Shown here piece after piece: positions 1 through 8,370 of a stretch of 43,896 nucleotides of DNA; the stretch's first letter is position 1, and every line of letters begins with the position of its first letter. Under the pieces are notes generated by a model. That model had not been told where the DNA came from, searched no databases, and saw nothing but the letters and a program-made list of their open reading frames with translations. The translations under genes were made by a program, and so were the position numbers. Where the stretch lies: positions 1-43,896 of the IMG/VR virus record IMGVR_UViG_3300002922_000001. One strand, 5' to 3'. Origin of the DNA: a virus.

Positions 1-49
1 CCGATGGACTCAAGAACTTAGGTAAGAGCTTGTTTAAAACGTACATCGG
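1..49. repeat. Terminal direct repeat, identical to 43848..43896 (circular-assembly overlap)
   Basis: Read directly: ccgatggactcaagaacttaggtaagagcttgtttaaaacgtacatcgg is present at both window ends, and the tape-measure reading frame is continuous across it. Confidence 0.95.
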
Positions 50-1223
50 AGACCCGATCAAAGAAGTAATCATAGAAGCCATTAAAAAAGCTTTTGCACA
101 AAAGGTAGCACTTAATCTAGCGGGCGGCGGAAGCGGCGGCGGTTGGATGGACGCTATAGGCGGAGCGATTAAGGCTTATATGGGAAGTTCAGGCGGTAAC
201 AGCGGCGGCGACTACGGTTGGATGGACGGACTAGGGGACGCTTACAAAGCGTACCAAGCGTACACCACAGCAACGGGCGGAAGCGCGGCAGCTACGGCGG
301 CTACTTCACTAAGTGGAACGGGCGCGGCTACCGGGGCGGCGGCTACTACGGGCGCGGCTAGTGGCTCTGCCGGTACCGCTACGGCGGCTTCGGCGGGCGG
401 TGCGAGCGCGGGAAGCGCGGCGGTTGCGGGCGGATTTACAGCTATCGCGGCGGCTATCGCATGGTATAACAAGAAATCAGGCGAAGGGCGAAAGTCTACT
501 AAGGCATGGAATAGATTACTTGAGAAAGGAGTACCGACCGAGAAGATAATAAACGGAGTTAAGGTTATCGGCCAAGAGTCCGGTAGAGTCTTCGTTAACG
601 TAGGCAAAGACGCATCTAACGCTATGCACATCCTACGCCAGAAGTTCAACGGCGGAGTGCAACAAGTATCCGAGGGAGTGGTATCTATCAAGGGTGACTT
701 ACAGACTGTTACCGATTACGTAAAAGGACCAATGTCTCAGGGCTGGATTAAGTCCGTTCGCGGTATCCGTACAGGTATGGGCGAGCAAGGTAAGTTTATG
801 GTAGCTGAGTTCGAAGGGTCTACTGACGCAGTAGCCGCGAGACTCAAAGAGCTGCAAATGACGGCGGGCGGTACGTTCGAAGTCTGGAAAACTCAATACG
901 GTACTACTATGGCGAAGATGACCGGAGATACCGACGCTTGGGCTTCGAGCTTAGATAGTTCTTTGAACACTCTAAAGACTAACGGGCGCGGGGTAATGGA
1001 AGACATAGCAAGCGGTTACAAATCTGTGAAGGAACAAGTAGAAAGTAATCCTATAGCTATGAACATTATTAACAATGGCATAAACGAGCAAGGCAACATA
1101 ACGCAAGGCGCTAGAAACCAAGCCGCGCAACACATACGCAACAACTCGGTTAACGTAACAGTTAACGAAGGGCGTACAGACCCCAACAAGGTAGACGATA
1201 GGTCGCCAGCAAGTGAGAAGTAA
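1..1223 (+). CDS. Tail tape measure protein, C-terminal part (continuation of 41765..43847; codon phase starts at nt 3)
   Basis: The track ORF 30..1223 is in frame with the open frame 41765..43896 once the 49-nt overlap is removed (43877-41765=2112, divisible by 3). It has a Gly/Ala/Ser/Thr low-complexity segment and lies directly after the chaperone pair. Confidence 0.9.
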   Translation, partial: DGLKNLGKSLFKTYIGDPIKEVIIEAIKKAFAQKVALNLAGGGSGGGWMDAIGGAIKAYMGSSGGNSGGDYGWMDGLGDAYKAYQAYTTATGGSAAATAATSLSGTGAATGAAATTGAASGSAGTATAASAGGASAGSAAVAGGFTAIAAAIAWYNKKSGEGRKSTKAWNRLLEKGVPTEKIINGVKVIGQESGRVFVNVGKDASNAMHILRQKFNGGVQQVSEGVVSIKGDLQTVTDYVKGPMSQGWIKSVRGIRTGMGEQGKFMVAEFEGSTDAVAARLKELQMTAGGTFEVWKTQYGTTMAKMTGDTDAWASSLDSSLNTLKTNGRGVMEDIASGYKSVKEQVESNPIAMNIINNGINEQGNITQGARNQAAQHIRNNSVNVTVNEGRTDPNKVDDRSPASEK

Positions 1224-1225
1224 TA

Positions 1226-3613
1226 ATGGCTAGAACGAAACTAAGAGAAAGACCGGACCTGCCGGTAGCGTGGATAGTAGAAATAGCGTTAACCAATCCG
1301 GTAACGGAAGTGGAAGAGATACTGTATTTTTCTACGCACCACTTAAGTCTACAGAATGACGACTTGGCTACTGTAGTCCACTACGACCCAAGAGTAGTAA
1401 AGGCTTTCGAGCTTAATCGTTCTATACCTATTAGTCTTAATCGTTTTGGCGGAATGGTAGAGTCAAGTCTAGGTACGGTAGTTATAGCTAATCCAGATGG
1501 AAAGCTTGACTACCTGCTGGACTATCCTATTACAAGTAAGTCTATTCAAATTTGCGTGCTGTCTCGCGGCTATGCAGACGGTACTCACGCGGATACAAAT
1601 AGAGCGGACGTATACACTCGACTGTACGGAACCATATCGGGTGTTACCTTCAACAGTGGCTCCATTACTTTCGAATTAACAGACAACGGCGCAGACCTAA
1701 AGAAAACTTCGGCTACTCCTACTAAGTGGGGTAAGCCCACAGCCGGAACACCAGCGGGCTTTAGACACGGCGGTAACTCGCTACGCGGAGACGCTAAGCC
1801 GGTATCGTTTGGCGAATGTTTCGGCGTCGGCGGACAACAGTACAGAAGTAACCGTAGGGTATTCTTTGCTGATAATGATTGCGTAGCACAAGTAATCTTA
1901 AATGGATCTAGTGTAGAAGAGATCGACACTAATTGGTACTCCGCTAATCAACAACACGCTAAAGTATTCTCCGACCCTAAAGCGGGGCCGATACACATCA
2001 TAACGGGCGCGAAAGACTACGACGGTACTCCACCAGCGGGCGTAACAGCACACCCTGTACAAGCCGGTTATGTAATGAACCAAATAAAGGATTACTACGA
2101 TCCCGATACCGGAGACCGACCCGCAGATTGTGACGTGACAATAAACTATGAAGGCAGTTATCCGGAAGAAGACATAAACTACGACATAGGGATACACGCA
2201 CACGAAGACAATATGACCATACACGATATGTACGACGGGCTTGGTAAAAGCATCGGCGGTATATTTGGCATATCGGCGGTAGGTCACGTCTACTTTAACA
2301 AATTAAATCCGGCGGCGGACGACGACCCTTGGGAAAGACAACCGGGCCAACGTTGGATGTTTGACGACACCAACATAATAGATAACACCTTTACGCTTAA
2401 TCATAGAATCGAGCCGTGTTACACAGCAAGAGTTAGTTATCGAGAAAATTACAACCGCTCGCGACAGGCCGAAATGGGAAACAACTTTGCGGCGGAGCTT
2501 TACTCTAGGGTAAGGCGTTGGGCTATGTACACTAACGAAAGCGTTGGTGATTTGTTCGGCAAAGAAAACCGCTCGAACAGTAAAACTTTCTTAGCCCGAA
2601 AAGATGACGCCAACCGAGAAGCTAAACGACGGGCAGAAATGTTTGCTAAAATTGGATTGGTGTTCACTTTCAAATCTTTAGAGCCGGTACTCGACTTACG
2701 AGTTGGTGACGTTGTCATATTAAAACAACCACGATACGGATTAGACGACGGTAAGAACGTACGCATTATAGGAATGAAAGAAACAGCGGGCCAAGCTACC
2801 GAGTACACGGTATGGCTAGACAATGCGCAAACCATTACCGAAGATTGGGTTAACGACAGTACCGACCATAACGGAAGCGGCTATGGTATGGCTACAACCA
2901 TTTCCAATAGTCGTTATATTAATTGGATGTGTTTAGTCAAATTTGATCCGCCGTCTATTGGTACTTCGGCTATTCAATCGCTAATAAAAATTGGCGCGGC
3001 GGGCGATACGCCTACGTTAGCGCCTTTTAGTATTTATATGAGTTACGGCGATACCACGTCTAATACTCTCCTAGTGTTGAAAGGTAGAAACTCTTCTGGA
3101 ACCTTAGTATTAGACTATCGTTGGTTTATTAACGCGGGCTTTACGGAAATCTTCGACGGTAATTGGCACCATTTTGCTTTTAGTATAAACAACAATAGTT
3201 CAGGCGGCTTTACTAGGTTTTACGTAGACGGAGAAGACCGAACGGAAGAGCTTAGCGTAATAACGGAAACACGTGGAGAAGCGATCGACTTTTCAGACGG
3301 ACGCATAGAGTTCTACGGCGCAAACACGGGCGGATCGATTTACGACTTAACCGGCTCTTCGGCGGAGACTTGGTTTAGTAGGAATACAGGCGCTTCGTTT
3401 GAGTTCGATGGAACTTCGGACGATTGGGACCATTTCTATACCGATAACGGAAGACCAAAAGACCACGAAGCTATTCACGCTGACCCGCACTTTTATTTTC
3501 CGGGCGATGTAAGTACCGATAGTACAAACTATGGTACAGAAGGCGGAACAGTAGTCGAACACAATTCAGGCGGTTTAAGTACGGGCGAGAGTCCAAGCGA
3601 AACCGGAGTTTAA
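1226..3613 (+). CDS. Tail tip / distal tail protein with C-terminal LamG (concanavalin A-like lectin) type domain
   Basis: 795-aa ORF immediately after the tape measure. C-terminal motif FDGNWHHFAFSINNNSSGGFTRFYVDGE is typical of LamG-type jelly rolls. N-terminal function is inferred from position only. Confidence 0.6.
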   Translation: MARTKLRERPDLPVAWIVEIALTNPVTEVEEILYFSTHHLSLQNDDLATVVHYDPRVVKAFELNRSIPISLNRFGGMVESSLGTVVIANPDGKLDYLLDYPITSKSIQICVLSRGYADGTHADTNRADVYTRLYGTISGVTFNSGSITFELTDNGADLKKTSATPTKWGKPTAGTPAGFRHGGNSLRGDAKPVSFGECFGVGGQQYRSNRRVFFADNDCVAQVILNGSSVEEIDTNWYSANQQHAKVFSDPKAGPIHIITGAKDYDGTPPAGVTAHPVQAGYVMNQIKDYYDPDTGDRPADCDVTINYEGSYPEEDINYDIGIHAHEDNMTIHDMYDGLGKSIGGIFGISAVGHVYFNKLNPAADDDPWERQPGQRWMFDDTNIIDNTFTLNHRIEPCYTARVSYRENYNRSRQAEMGNNFAAELYSRVRRWAMYTNESVGDLFGKENRSNSKTFLARKDDANREAKRRAEMFAKIGLVFTFKSLEPVLDLRVGDVVILKQPRYGLDDGKNVRIIGMKETAGQATEYTVWLDNAQTITEDWVNDSTDHNGSGYGMATTISNSRYINWMCLVKFDPPSIGTSAIQSLIKIGAAGDTPTLAPFSIYMSYGDTTSNTLLVLKGRNSSGTLVLDYRWFINAGFTEIFDGNWHHFAFSINNNSSGGFTRFYVDGEDRTEELSVITETRGEAIDFSDGRIEFYGANTGGSIYDLTGSSAETWFSRNTGASFEFDGTSDDWDHFYTDNGRPKDHEAIHADPHFYFPGDVSTDSTNYGTEGGTVVEHNSGGLSTGESPSETGV

Positions 3614-3616
3614 ATA

Positions 3617-4660
3617 ATGACCACACTTTACTTACACAACATAGCCCACACAGACGGTAGTAAGTGGACGGCTAAGTCTTGGAAACAAGACGCACTACCT
3701 AACCGAGCAGGTAGCCAAATAGTTAGTCAAACGTATATAAGTGACGTAGACTCAACACAAGGCGAAACGTTAACCGGTTACTTTGGCTCCGAGGGAGTAA
3801 TAGACCACATAGCAATACTAAACCATTCGCTAGAACAAACCGATACTTTCGATATGTATCTATATACAACATCGTCTATAGTGTCAACCTTTACATTAGC
3901 GTTGTCTGGTACTGACTTGTCGATAGGACATACAGCACACGGACTAGGCGTCGGTGATATGATCGGCTTAACTGGTATTGAAGACTCGGACGGCGTAGAG
4001 ATAAGCGGACTAGTAGCGGAAATTACTTCGGTTACGGACGCTAACAACTACGTCGTAGATTGGGAGTACGCTACCGCACCTGTCGCTATTACAGACGTAG
4101 ACGAAGAGCTACACGTACTTACCGAAACGTACGCTTCTACCGGAGTAGTTCCGTACGCGGCAGAGAGTATGCCCGGAGAATACGATAACATACCGCTATC
4201 TACTTATCACGACGTAGCCGGTAGTCCGTCCGCGCAGTGGATACGCATAGATGCACAAGGACTAGACGCTACACAAGCGTTATCTATTGGTACCATCTTC
4301 GCGGGACCGGCTTACGTACCAACTACCGATGTATCTACGGAAGACTTCGGTTACGGAATAGAACAAGAAAATACAGTCTATCGAACCGAGGGCGGTGTAG
4401 AGTGGTTATCTCCCGGCGTACCGAGACGTACAGTACGATTCACCTTTAACAAACTAGAAGAAGAAGAGACTTTCTTAACTCTCTTTCACTTTGACAGAAC
4501 TAAGGGCGCGGCTACGGGCGTACTCCTGATACCAAGTAACAACACATACCCACAACACCAAAACGTTTACGGACGACTCCGAGCGGAGACTAGTTTTAAT
4601 CGACTGGAAACCAGCAACGAAACTTACATGAAAGACTACACGGTGCGGGAGTTACTCTAA
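3617..4660 (+). CDS. Tail tip / baseplate-associated protein, unknown family
   Basis: 347-aa ORF tightly packed between the tail-tip gene and the holin. No motif recognised. Confidence 0.5.
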   Translation: MTTLYLHNIAHTDGSKWTAKSWKQDALPNRAGSQIVSQTYISDVDSTQGETLTGYFGSEGVIDHIAILNHSLEQTDTFDMYLYTTSSIVSTFTLALSGTDLSIGHTAHGLGVGDMIGLTGIEDSDGVEISGLVAEITSVTDANNYVVDWEYATAPVAITDVDEELHVLTETYASTGVVPYAAESMPGEYDNIPLSTYHDVAGSPSAQWIRIDAQGLDATQALSIGTIFAGPAYVPTTDVSTEDFGYGIEQENTVYRTEGGVEWLSPGVPRRTVRFTFNKLEEEETFLTLFHFDRTKGAATGVLLIPSNNTYPQHQNVYGRLRAETSFNRLETSNETYMKDYTVRELL

Positions 4661-4992
4661 TGAAAAGAATAGGCCAAGTAATAATGTGCTTAATAGAAGA
4701 TCATATGGCTATACGACGTATAACCGTCTTGGTTGCTCTAAGTCTCATTATAGGTATTGTTATTTGGGCTATGCGATTAGTAGAGAGCGGACAAGAGTTG
4801 TCCACACAAACTACTGCCATAGTAATAGAAATACTCGCGCTAGTTTCCATACTTGCGGGATTGATAACGCAAAACTATTTTACAACGAGAAAAATTAGCT
4901 ATGATTACGAAGAAACAAACAGCGAAAATGGTCAACCAACATCCGAGAATGACGGAAGCATTGTTCGAAGTGATCAGTCCTATTCTGAGTAA
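4660..4992 (+). CDS. Putative holin (two transmembrane segments, acidic C-terminus)
   Basis: TAATG start overlap with the upstream gene. Hydrophobic stretches ITVLVALSLIIGIVIWAMRLV and TAIVIEILALVSILAGLITQNYF, a charged tail, and an endolysin immediately downstream. Confidence 0.6.
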   Translation: MKRIGQVIMCLIEDHMAIRRITVLVALSLIIGIVIWAMRLVESGQELSTQTTAIVIEILALVSILAGLITQNYFTTRKISYDYEETNSENGQPTSENDGSIVRSDQSYSE

Positions 4993-5242
4993 AGAATTAG
5001 GTTACTGCCACATTACGTCAGCTAATGACGGAACGCACAGCGTAAGCGGGAGCTTGCACTTTGTAGGTTGTGCTTTAGACTTTCGTACTTGGACAACTCG
5101 TACTAGTCAAAAACAAATTGGACCCAAACTTAGAGCTAAGATTGGCGCGTTATTATCGCGTACTCTTGGACCTGATTTTGACGTAGTTACTAAGTCTAAT
5201 CACTTCCACATAGAGTATCAGCCGAAGAGTCCAACTCGTTAA
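4901..5242 (+). CDS. Endolysin, peptidase M15 family (zinc D-Ala-D-Ala / L-Ala-D-Glu peptidase fold)
   Basis: SLHFVGCALD (H-x6-D) plus C-terminal HFHIEY (HxH) zinc-ligand pattern. Sits between the holin and spanins. The start is uncertain (ATG at 4901, 4928 or 4949, all inside the holin ORF). Confidence 0.75.
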   Translation: MITKKQTAKMVNQHPRMTEALFEVISPILSKELGYCHITSANDGTHSVSGSLHFVGCALDFRTWTTRTSQKQIGPKLRAKIGALLSRTLGPDFDVVTKSNHFHIEYQPKSPTR

Positions 5243-5468
5243 CGATAACTTGTAGACGTATCACGGCGTCTCTAAGTTGTAGAACGCTGTTAGTCCAGCC
5301 GTAACACTGTATAAATCGTTGGTAGTTTTTGTCTTGCATTACGATTGTTTTACCTTCTTTGATAAGGCGGTCGATAATCTCTTGGCGGCACTTTAGTAGC
5401 TCTCGTTTGAGATCAACCATAAGAACCATGTTCCAGTTACGGCGCAATTTAATTTCATATTCGCTCAT
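5196..5468 (-). CDS. Hypothetical 90-aa protein encoded antisense inside the lysis cassette
   Basis: Internal ATG at 5468 preceded by GGAGATTTTAAA (good SD spacing), whereas the track start at 5552 lacks one. The 3' end overlaps the endolysin 3' end by 47 nt. Confidence 0.5.
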   Translation of the reverse strand: MSEYEIKLRRNWNMVLMVDLKRELLKCRQEIIDRLIKEGKTIVMQDKNYQRFIQCYGWTNSVLQLRDAVIRLQVIVNELDSSADTLCGSD

Positions 5469-5538
5469 TTTAAAATCTCCAAATGTGTATTCACACCGTA
5501 CACGAACACTAACCCCACACCAATAGGAGAAACTCCCG

Positions 5539-5964
5539 ATGTGGTTCAACATTACACAATTACTACGCGGCTATCTAGTCGAAGTACTGCTAATCGTTTC
5601 GACGGTGGTATTTTTTCTTTGGGCTTGGTCTTCCGTCCAAGACTGGAAAGAAGATACCAAAAACGAAATTAGGGATACCATAATCGAATCTCAGAAAAAA
5701 GCGGTAGAAGAAAAAGTAGAAGTAGCCGAAGAGCTATCTACGGAATCAACACAACGCATTAAAGAGATAACCGAAATCAACGAGCTACTAGTACAACGCC
5801 TTAAAGAAGAGATTAAGGGGCGAAGCCTAGAAGCGCAACACAAGAACAGAGCATTAGACAACTTAGGCAAGGCCCGACTAAATGAAAACCAAAAGACTAT
5901 TACTCGCGAGTGCGGTCGTGCTATCGACTTTTATAACCGGTTGCGCGAGTCAACAAAAAATTAA
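5539..5964 (+). CDS. i-spanin (Rz-like): N-terminal TM anchor plus coiled coil
   Basis: N-terminal hydrophobic LLRGYLVEVLLIVSTVVFFLWAW followed by a charged helical region. The o-spanin gene overlaps its 3' end in another frame. Confidence 0.75.
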   Translation: MWFNITQLLRGYLVEVLLIVSTVVFFLWAWSSVQDWKEDTKNEIRDTIIESQKKAVEEKVEVAEELSTESTQRIKEITEINELLVQRLKEEIKGRSLEAQHKNRALDNLGKARLNENQKTITRECGRAIDFYNRLRESTKN

Positions 5965-6166
5965 TTGTGGTATACCGGACGGTTTCATGCCGGTGATACC
6001 TAAGACAATGACACAACTTCCGGCGAAGAGATCGTACCCGGAAGTTACAAACGAATTTGAATTGATAGACGCTATTGGCGAGCTATGGCTAGAGAACCTA
6101 AGCCTACGCGGCCAACTAACCGAAATCGATAACTACGTAGAAGAGATAACTAAAGATGATAAGTAA
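5882..6166 (+). CDS. o-spanin (Rz1-like) outer-membrane lipoprotein
   Basis: Signal peptide with lipobox FITGC (Cys21). The start is embedded in the i-spanin 3' end (5882..5964), the classic overlapped two-component spanin architecture. Confidence 0.8.
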   Translation: MKTKRLLLASAVVLSTFITGCASQQKINCGIPDGFMPVIPKTMTQLPAKRSYPEVTNEFELIDAIGELWLENLSLRGQLTEIDNYVEEITKDDK

Positions 6167-7292
6167 ACTATTTTCACTTATAACCCGTGTACCGATTCAA
6201 CCGCTCGTATTTTTTGGTGTTGCGTTGCTGGCATATGGACGAAAGAAACTAAAGAAGGGCGGTCTAAAGTTACCTGGCTCTGCTAAGAAGCCGCCTTTTA
6301 AGAAGGTAGGACGAGTAAGACTAGGTAAGGCTATTGCTCCGCAACTTATGAAAAGCGGCGACTACGGATATGTAGCGCAGAACAGTAAAGGACAATTAGC
6401 GGTAGTAGCGGGCGATTGGGTAAAACCCGGTGGACCTAAGTACGAAACAGCAGTCTTTACTATGGATGACTTCGGAGCTACGCCTAAGTTCGTAGCCGGT
6501 AGGCGCGGTAAATGTACGGGCGCGGTGTATATCAAAGACGAGTTGCATTTGATTATTACAGATAAAGGCTCTCTATGGGAGGGTACTCGCGGACCTAGGC
6601 TTTATAAGTTGGTCGGTAATAAGCTTGTCAAGATCGCTAATTGGTCGTTTCAAAGTATTGCAGGCTCTTCACATCTGGACGTTAATTGGGCTTTTGTTAA
6701 GCAAGGCTGGAACCAAAAGTATATGACGGACCGTATTTATGTTACAGCGGTACGAGCTTCTAAAGAAGTCTTCGACGACTGGAAGCCTGTGGGTAACGTA
6801 CCCGGTAGCGGACAAATTAAAATGTTCAGCGCACCTGTTAAACAGATGTTGAACAAAGCGGCTTGGAAACCAGAGGGCGCAGTAATGGAAGCCGATGGTA
6901 AGACGCTGTATAGCCCGCGCAACAAACACATCAACGGCGCGGAGATTGCTTTCGACGAAGTAAGCGGTAGTTACATTCTATTCTTGGCGGACTTCAACCA
7001 GAAAACACAATTTGTTTTTCAGAAGTCGGCTAGTGATGTGCTAACCCAAGGCTATCGACGAATTGCTTACCCGGCTTCGGTAGGTGCTGGTAGCTCACAG
7101 TGGCATCAAGTACACAAGCAACTCGGACTAGCGGTTAAGAAAACCGCGAAGCTTCGACATGATACGCACTATCAAGGTATTTCTTGGACGGCGTCTCTTG
7201 GCTACTCGAAGAAGTACGGCGCGTTTATAGGCGTCGGCGGTTGGGAAAACGAATACGATCGTTGCGCCCAAATACAAGTAACGATTAGCTAA
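6156..7292 (+). CDS. Membrane-anchored protein of unknown function
   Basis: 378-aa ORF. N-terminal hydrophobic segment PLVFFGVALLAYG followed by a Lys-rich linker. No catalytic motif recognised. Confidence 0.6.
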   Translation: MISKLFSLITRVPIQPLVFFGVALLAYGRKKLKKGGLKLPGSAKKPPFKKVGRVRLGKAIAPQLMKSGDYGYVAQNSKGQLAVVAGDWVKPGGPKYETAVFTMDDFGATPKFVAGRRGKCTGAVYIKDELHLIITDKGSLWEGTRGPRLYKLVGNKLVKIANWSFQSIAGSSHLDVNWAFVKQGWNQKYMTDRIYVTAVRASKEVFDDWKPVGNVPGSGQIKMFSAPVKQMLNKAAWKPEGAVMEADGKTLYSPRNKHINGAEIAFDEVSGSYILFLADFNQKTQFVFQKSASDVLTQGYRRIAYPASVGAGSSQWHQVHKQLGLAVKKTAKLRHDTHYQGISWTASLGYSKKYGAFIGVGGWENEYDRCAQIQVTIS

Positions 7293-7297
7293 ACTTT

Positions 7298-7355
7298 TTG
7301 GTGCGGCTTCGTGTTGTATTAGTGGGGCAGTACAGCGCGAAGTCGTTACCACCAA
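7298..7355 (+). promoter_or_regulatory. Long imperfect stem-loop directly upstream of the HNH gene SD
   Basis: TTGGTG-CGGCTTCG ... CGAAGTCG-(TTAC)-CACCAA pairs by eye, about 14 bp outer stem with one G-U. It is followed by AAGGAG and ATG 7372, with no U-tract. Confidence 0.45.
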
Positions 7356-7371
7356 TTAAGGAGACCCCACA

Positions 7372-7713
7372 ATGCCTACGGAAGCGTTAAGTAGGTGTAT
7401 CATACCGAACTGTCGAGTTAAGACTAACGGCGGGCGGTGTGATCAACATGCTAAAGACCCTGATAGTCACAAAAGAAAACGAACACAACGAACAACCGGT
7501 TACAGTAGTAAACGCTGGAAGCAATTACGGCGTAGCGTACTTGTCAACAATCCTATGTGTGTAGGGTATGGTAAGCGCAAGGTAGTTTGTAATAGACCGG
7601 CTGTAGATGTAGATCACATCGTACCGGTTAAACACGGCGGAGTAGATACCGTCGATAATCTGCAAGGGCTATGTAAAGCTTGCCACACACTGAAAACTAG
7701 AGACGGTTTATAA
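7372..7713 (+). CDS. HNH endonuclease
   Basis: VDVDHIVPVKHGGVDTVDNLQGLCKACHTLKT (H-N-H core with Cys pairs). Confidence 0.85.
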   Translation: MPTEALSRCIIPNCRVKTNGGRCDQHAKDPDSHKRKRTQRTTGYSSKRWKQLRRSVLVNNPMCVGYGKRKVVCNRPAVDVDHIVPVKHGGVDTVDNLQGLCKACHTLKTRDGL

Positions 7714-8099
7714 TGTCCAAAAGAGAAGAAGACTTAAGAGCAATAGCTGATTTAATATGGTATCACTTCGGAGAAGAAGACCATTACGCTTACTATGATC
7801 ATATTAAGGGAATGGACTACATAGTAGTACGTGACGATATGGGAAACATTATAGGCTACAATATACACACACTACACCCGGATAACTTACAAGGGATACG
7901 CTCCGGCGTTCTACGCTCTTGGCGCGGCCAAGGGATCGCAACACAGCTTTACAAGAAAGTAAAAGCCAAAGCTAGGCGTAAAGACGTACCGTACAAGACG
8001 TACACTTCACACGATAACCTTGGCTCTATTCGCTCTCACATACGAGCGGGAATGAATGTAACGTTAATCGACGAAAATTTTATCTACTTCTCGACTTAA
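7713..8099 (+). CDS. GNAT-family N-acetyltransferase
   Basis: WRGQGIATQLYKKV matches the acetyl-CoA binding R/Q-x-x-G-x-G/A motif. 128 aa is the typical size. Confidence 0.65.
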   Translation: MSKREEDLRAIADLIWYHFGEEDHYAYYDHIKGMDYIVVRDDMGNIIGYNIHTLHPDNLQGIRSGVLRSWRGQGIATQLYKKVKAKARRKDVPYKTYTSHDNLGSIRSHIRAGMNVTLIDENFIYFST

Positions 8100-8370
8100 C
8101 ATCGATTGTTAGTTTAGACTCTTCGGACGGATCGAAAAAACTACAACATTTACTTACGGTAGTCTCTATTACTTCTCCAGTGAATTTTACGTCGTCCACT
8201 ATTTCAAAAGTAGTATACTCTCCTACTCTCGGTATCGTTATTAGTCCATAGTATTCTAAATGGATATAGACCAACAAGCCTGTAACAATATCTACAGGCG
8301 GTCCGTCTGGTAAGTACACTCGCGTTATTTTCTCGCGAGCGGTTACTTGATACGATGATAAATTATCCAT
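8080..8370 (-). CDS. Hypothetical protein (96 aa)
   Basis: ORF whose ATG overlaps the stop of the upstream exonuclease gene (TAATG at 8368..8372). The 3' end overlaps the convergent GNAT gene by 20 nt. Confidence 0.55.
   Translation of the reverse strand: MDNLSSYQVTAREKITRVYLPDGPPVDIVTGLLVYIHLEYYGLITIPRVGEYTTFEIVDDVKFTGEVIETTVSKCCSFFDPSEESKLTIDVKSRSR

Noticed and set aside
242-691. 149-aa minus ORF and 78-aa plus ORF (313..549) inside the tape-measure low-complexity region
   Set aside because: They are artefacts of GC-rich GCN/GGN repeat DNA, which lacks stops in several frames. There is no SD, and they lie entirely inside a well-supported gene.
30-1223. Track ORF presented as an independent 397-aa gene starting at TTG 30
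   Set aside because: It is the C-terminal part of the tape-measure gene. The frame is open upstream to the window start and continuous with 41765..43896 through the 49-nt overlap.
5329-5526. 65-aa plus ORF between the endolysin and spanin genes
   Set aside because: It is antisense to the better-supported minus ORF 5196..5468. It has no SD and a Ser/Arg/Leu-rich composition.
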